DNA from: Pocillopora damicornis
Taxonomy: Eukaryota
Reading direction: 5' to 3'
NCBI RefSeq assembly: GCF_003704095.1
Contig: NW_020843614.1
Span: 372,001 to 436,000 of the forward strand
DNA length: 64,000 bases
Shown: positions 62,157 to 64,000 of the stretch, piece by piece
Position numbering within the stretch: the first letter of the stretch is position 1
Layout: each line of letters starts with the position of its first letter
Position numbers and translations under genes: made by a program
The notes under the pieces: generated by a model
Seen by the model: only the letters and a program-made list of their open reading frames with translations
The model's database searches: none
What the model was told of the DNA's origin: nothing

Positions 62157-62559
62157 TTTAGAAAGACGCCGTTTGCTAGTTGCAAGGCATTATGGGAAGG
62201 GCCTCGAGGACAACATCGATGGCAGCGTCCCATATTAAATTTATTATTTTCTCGAACTTTTAACTGGTTTAATCAGCAACATGTAATGATCACTTGATGC
62301 CGATTATCTTTCGAATTTAAACCAGAATTAAGTTATAATCCCTCACTGATACATTTCAAGAAATTTTTTAATCATGCATGATGCATTTTGGGTGGTCACG
62401 TGACCAACTAAGAGTTCTTTCCCCGCGAAGTAAAAATGTGGCTTGAGGAAAATGAAGTGACAAAACAGAGTGGAATATACCGGTGAATGCGAACAGGAGA
62501 GGGCTAAATGCACTTCATTTCAAGTGCTTTAGCTGGGATCTGTAGATTTAATCGAGAAA
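62157..62559. promoter_or_regulatory. Putative bidirectional promoter AIMP2 / BPTF
   Basis: Divergent ATGs about 400 bp apart. ZNF143-like GCATTATGGGAA (62187-62198), palindromic E-box/CLEAR GGTCACGTGACC (62394-62405), and YY1-like AAAATGGCGGC overlapping the AIMP2 start. Confidence 0.6.
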
Positions 62560-63614
62560 ATGAAGAGAGGAAGGGGACGGCCACCTAAAAATAAGGTTCA
62601 AAGCTCAAATTCGCCAGATGTCTCGAGTGCAATCAACCAACATGGCGGACACCGCAGTCCGCGTGTCTCTTCTTCTATGGCCATTAAAACTCGAGGTTAT
62701 AGCGGAACAACACCACGTAAATACTACGGGATGGAATCTTCCGATTCCGATAGCGACAATGAATCTATTTCTAGTCATGGATCTTCCATTTCAAACACTA
62801 CCAGCTCTAAAACTCGTTATGTCGAGCCCTTGAAAGTGGTAACTCCTCTAATTTTACCGCCGTCATCTGACGATCTATTGCTCGAGCCAGAGTGTATTTT
62901 GCAAGCGTTAGGGATTTACGAGGTTTTAAGACATTTTAGTCGCATAGTACGACTCTCCCCCTTTAGATTTGAAGACTTTTGCGGGGCAATCCAAACTCCG
63001 GAACAATCTTCGTTACTTGCACAAATTCACATCGCTCTACTACGCTTTTTGTTGTCTGAGGATGATGCGAGTGGCTTGACATTCGTTGCTACCGACGAAA
63101 AAGACAGCTTCAACATTCTCTCCTACTACTTAGGTGACTTTACTTGGCCTGAACTTATTAGAAGCTACATCTCGTCAGATAAGACCGAATTTGGAGACAC
63201 AGTTACGGCTGTTAGTGGACATGATGAAGATCCGTTCCCTTTTACAACAGTCGAGAACAGATTGAAGGTTCTCCAGCGACTTTGTGATCAATTCTTGGCC
63301 TCTAATTCAGTCAGATACGACATAATGAATGAAGGAATAGTCGAATCAGAGGATCATTGTCGCAATTGCTGCAAAATGGGCGATTTACTGTGCTGTGAAA
63401 GTTGTCCTGCAGTTTACCATCTTCACTGCCTGAAGCCGCCGTTAGAAGTGGTTCCCGAAGGCGATTGGCTGTGTCCCGTATGCGAGGCTCACCAAATCAA
63501 AGGTGTCACGGACTGTTTACCTGATTGGAACAGAGAAGGTTGGCTAAGAAACGCCCCTTTAGGGGTAGACAGGGAAGGAAGAAAGTACTGGTTCTTAGCC
63601 AGACGTTTGTTTGT
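62560..63614 (+). CDS. BPTF: Nucleosome-remodeling factor subunit BPTF/NURF301, first exon; gene continues beyond the right edge
   Basis: AT-hook RGRGRPPK, LPPSSDDLL, DDT domain (ALGIYEVLRHF..VRLSPFRFEDFC), PHD finger (DHCRNCCKMGDLLCCESCPAVYHLHCLKPPL..VPEGDWLCPVC), LGVDREGRKYWFLARRLFV. Donor GT|GTAAGT after 63614. Confidence 0.95.
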
Positions 63615-64000
63615 GTAAGTATTTACTTCCAACATGGTTGACATGGTATATTTTCATCAGAACGATTGCAGTGGTCTTTACCTTTCGTTGACCATCTTTG
63701 CATGGCTAACTACTGACTTCCTTCACATTTGTACTTTTTTGATAGCTGTTTTTGGCATGATGAAGTATGGTTGAACTTAATGCATTTGTTCTTTGTTCTA
63801 TTTTTGCAAGCTTTTTTTTTTTTTAATTAAAATCAATTTTATTATTTAGGGCCACAGCCATCACATCGCTTAAGGGGATCAAATAATAAGCTGGATATAA
63901 ATTAAATAGATTAATTTTTTCTATTTTCCTGCACCACTCTGATTGCAAATAAGCTTACATGCCAAAGTGTAGGATTTGAGTAGGCTTATTAAAGTGGGTC

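Noticed and set aside
1-64000. CRISPR arrays, rRNA genes, operons or prokaryotic defence systems
   Set aside because: None seen. The DNA is spliceosomal-intron-rich eukaryotic sequence, and the two-unit tandem repeats lack repeat-spacer structure.

Overview
Gene-dense, AT-rich animal genomic DNA with GT-AG introns and four N gaps. Gene content, intron sizes and repeat families suggest a cnidarian, probably a stony coral (inference). In order, the window holds: the 5' part of an outer-arm ciliary dynein beta heavy chain (-), head-to-head with an ankyrin/SOCS-box gene (+); a Harbinger-type transposon derivative; an orphan two-exon membrane-protein gene; two tandem SLC24/NCKX-like exchangers; AP5Z1 (-), head-to-head with an unusual F-box gene (+); a class A GPCR (-); VPS35L (-); an NRARP-like gene (+); and AIMP2 (-), head-to-head with the first exon of BPTF (+). 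Many MITEs and tRNA-derived repeats are interspersed. Most notable: (1) the F-box protein's C-terminal half resembles the cyanobacterial nuclease inhibitor NuiA, including the equivalent Glu and the terminal Thr; (2) both NCKX paralogues have Thr in place of the essential alpha-1 Ca2+-binding Glu; (3) VPS35L has a U12-type intron; (4) recognisable regulatory motifs occur (RFX+forkhead at dynein, CSL in NRARP, ZNF143-like motifs in two bidirectional promoters); (5) there is a candidate unannotated micro-exon gene. All homology calls are by eye and from memory; no searches were run.
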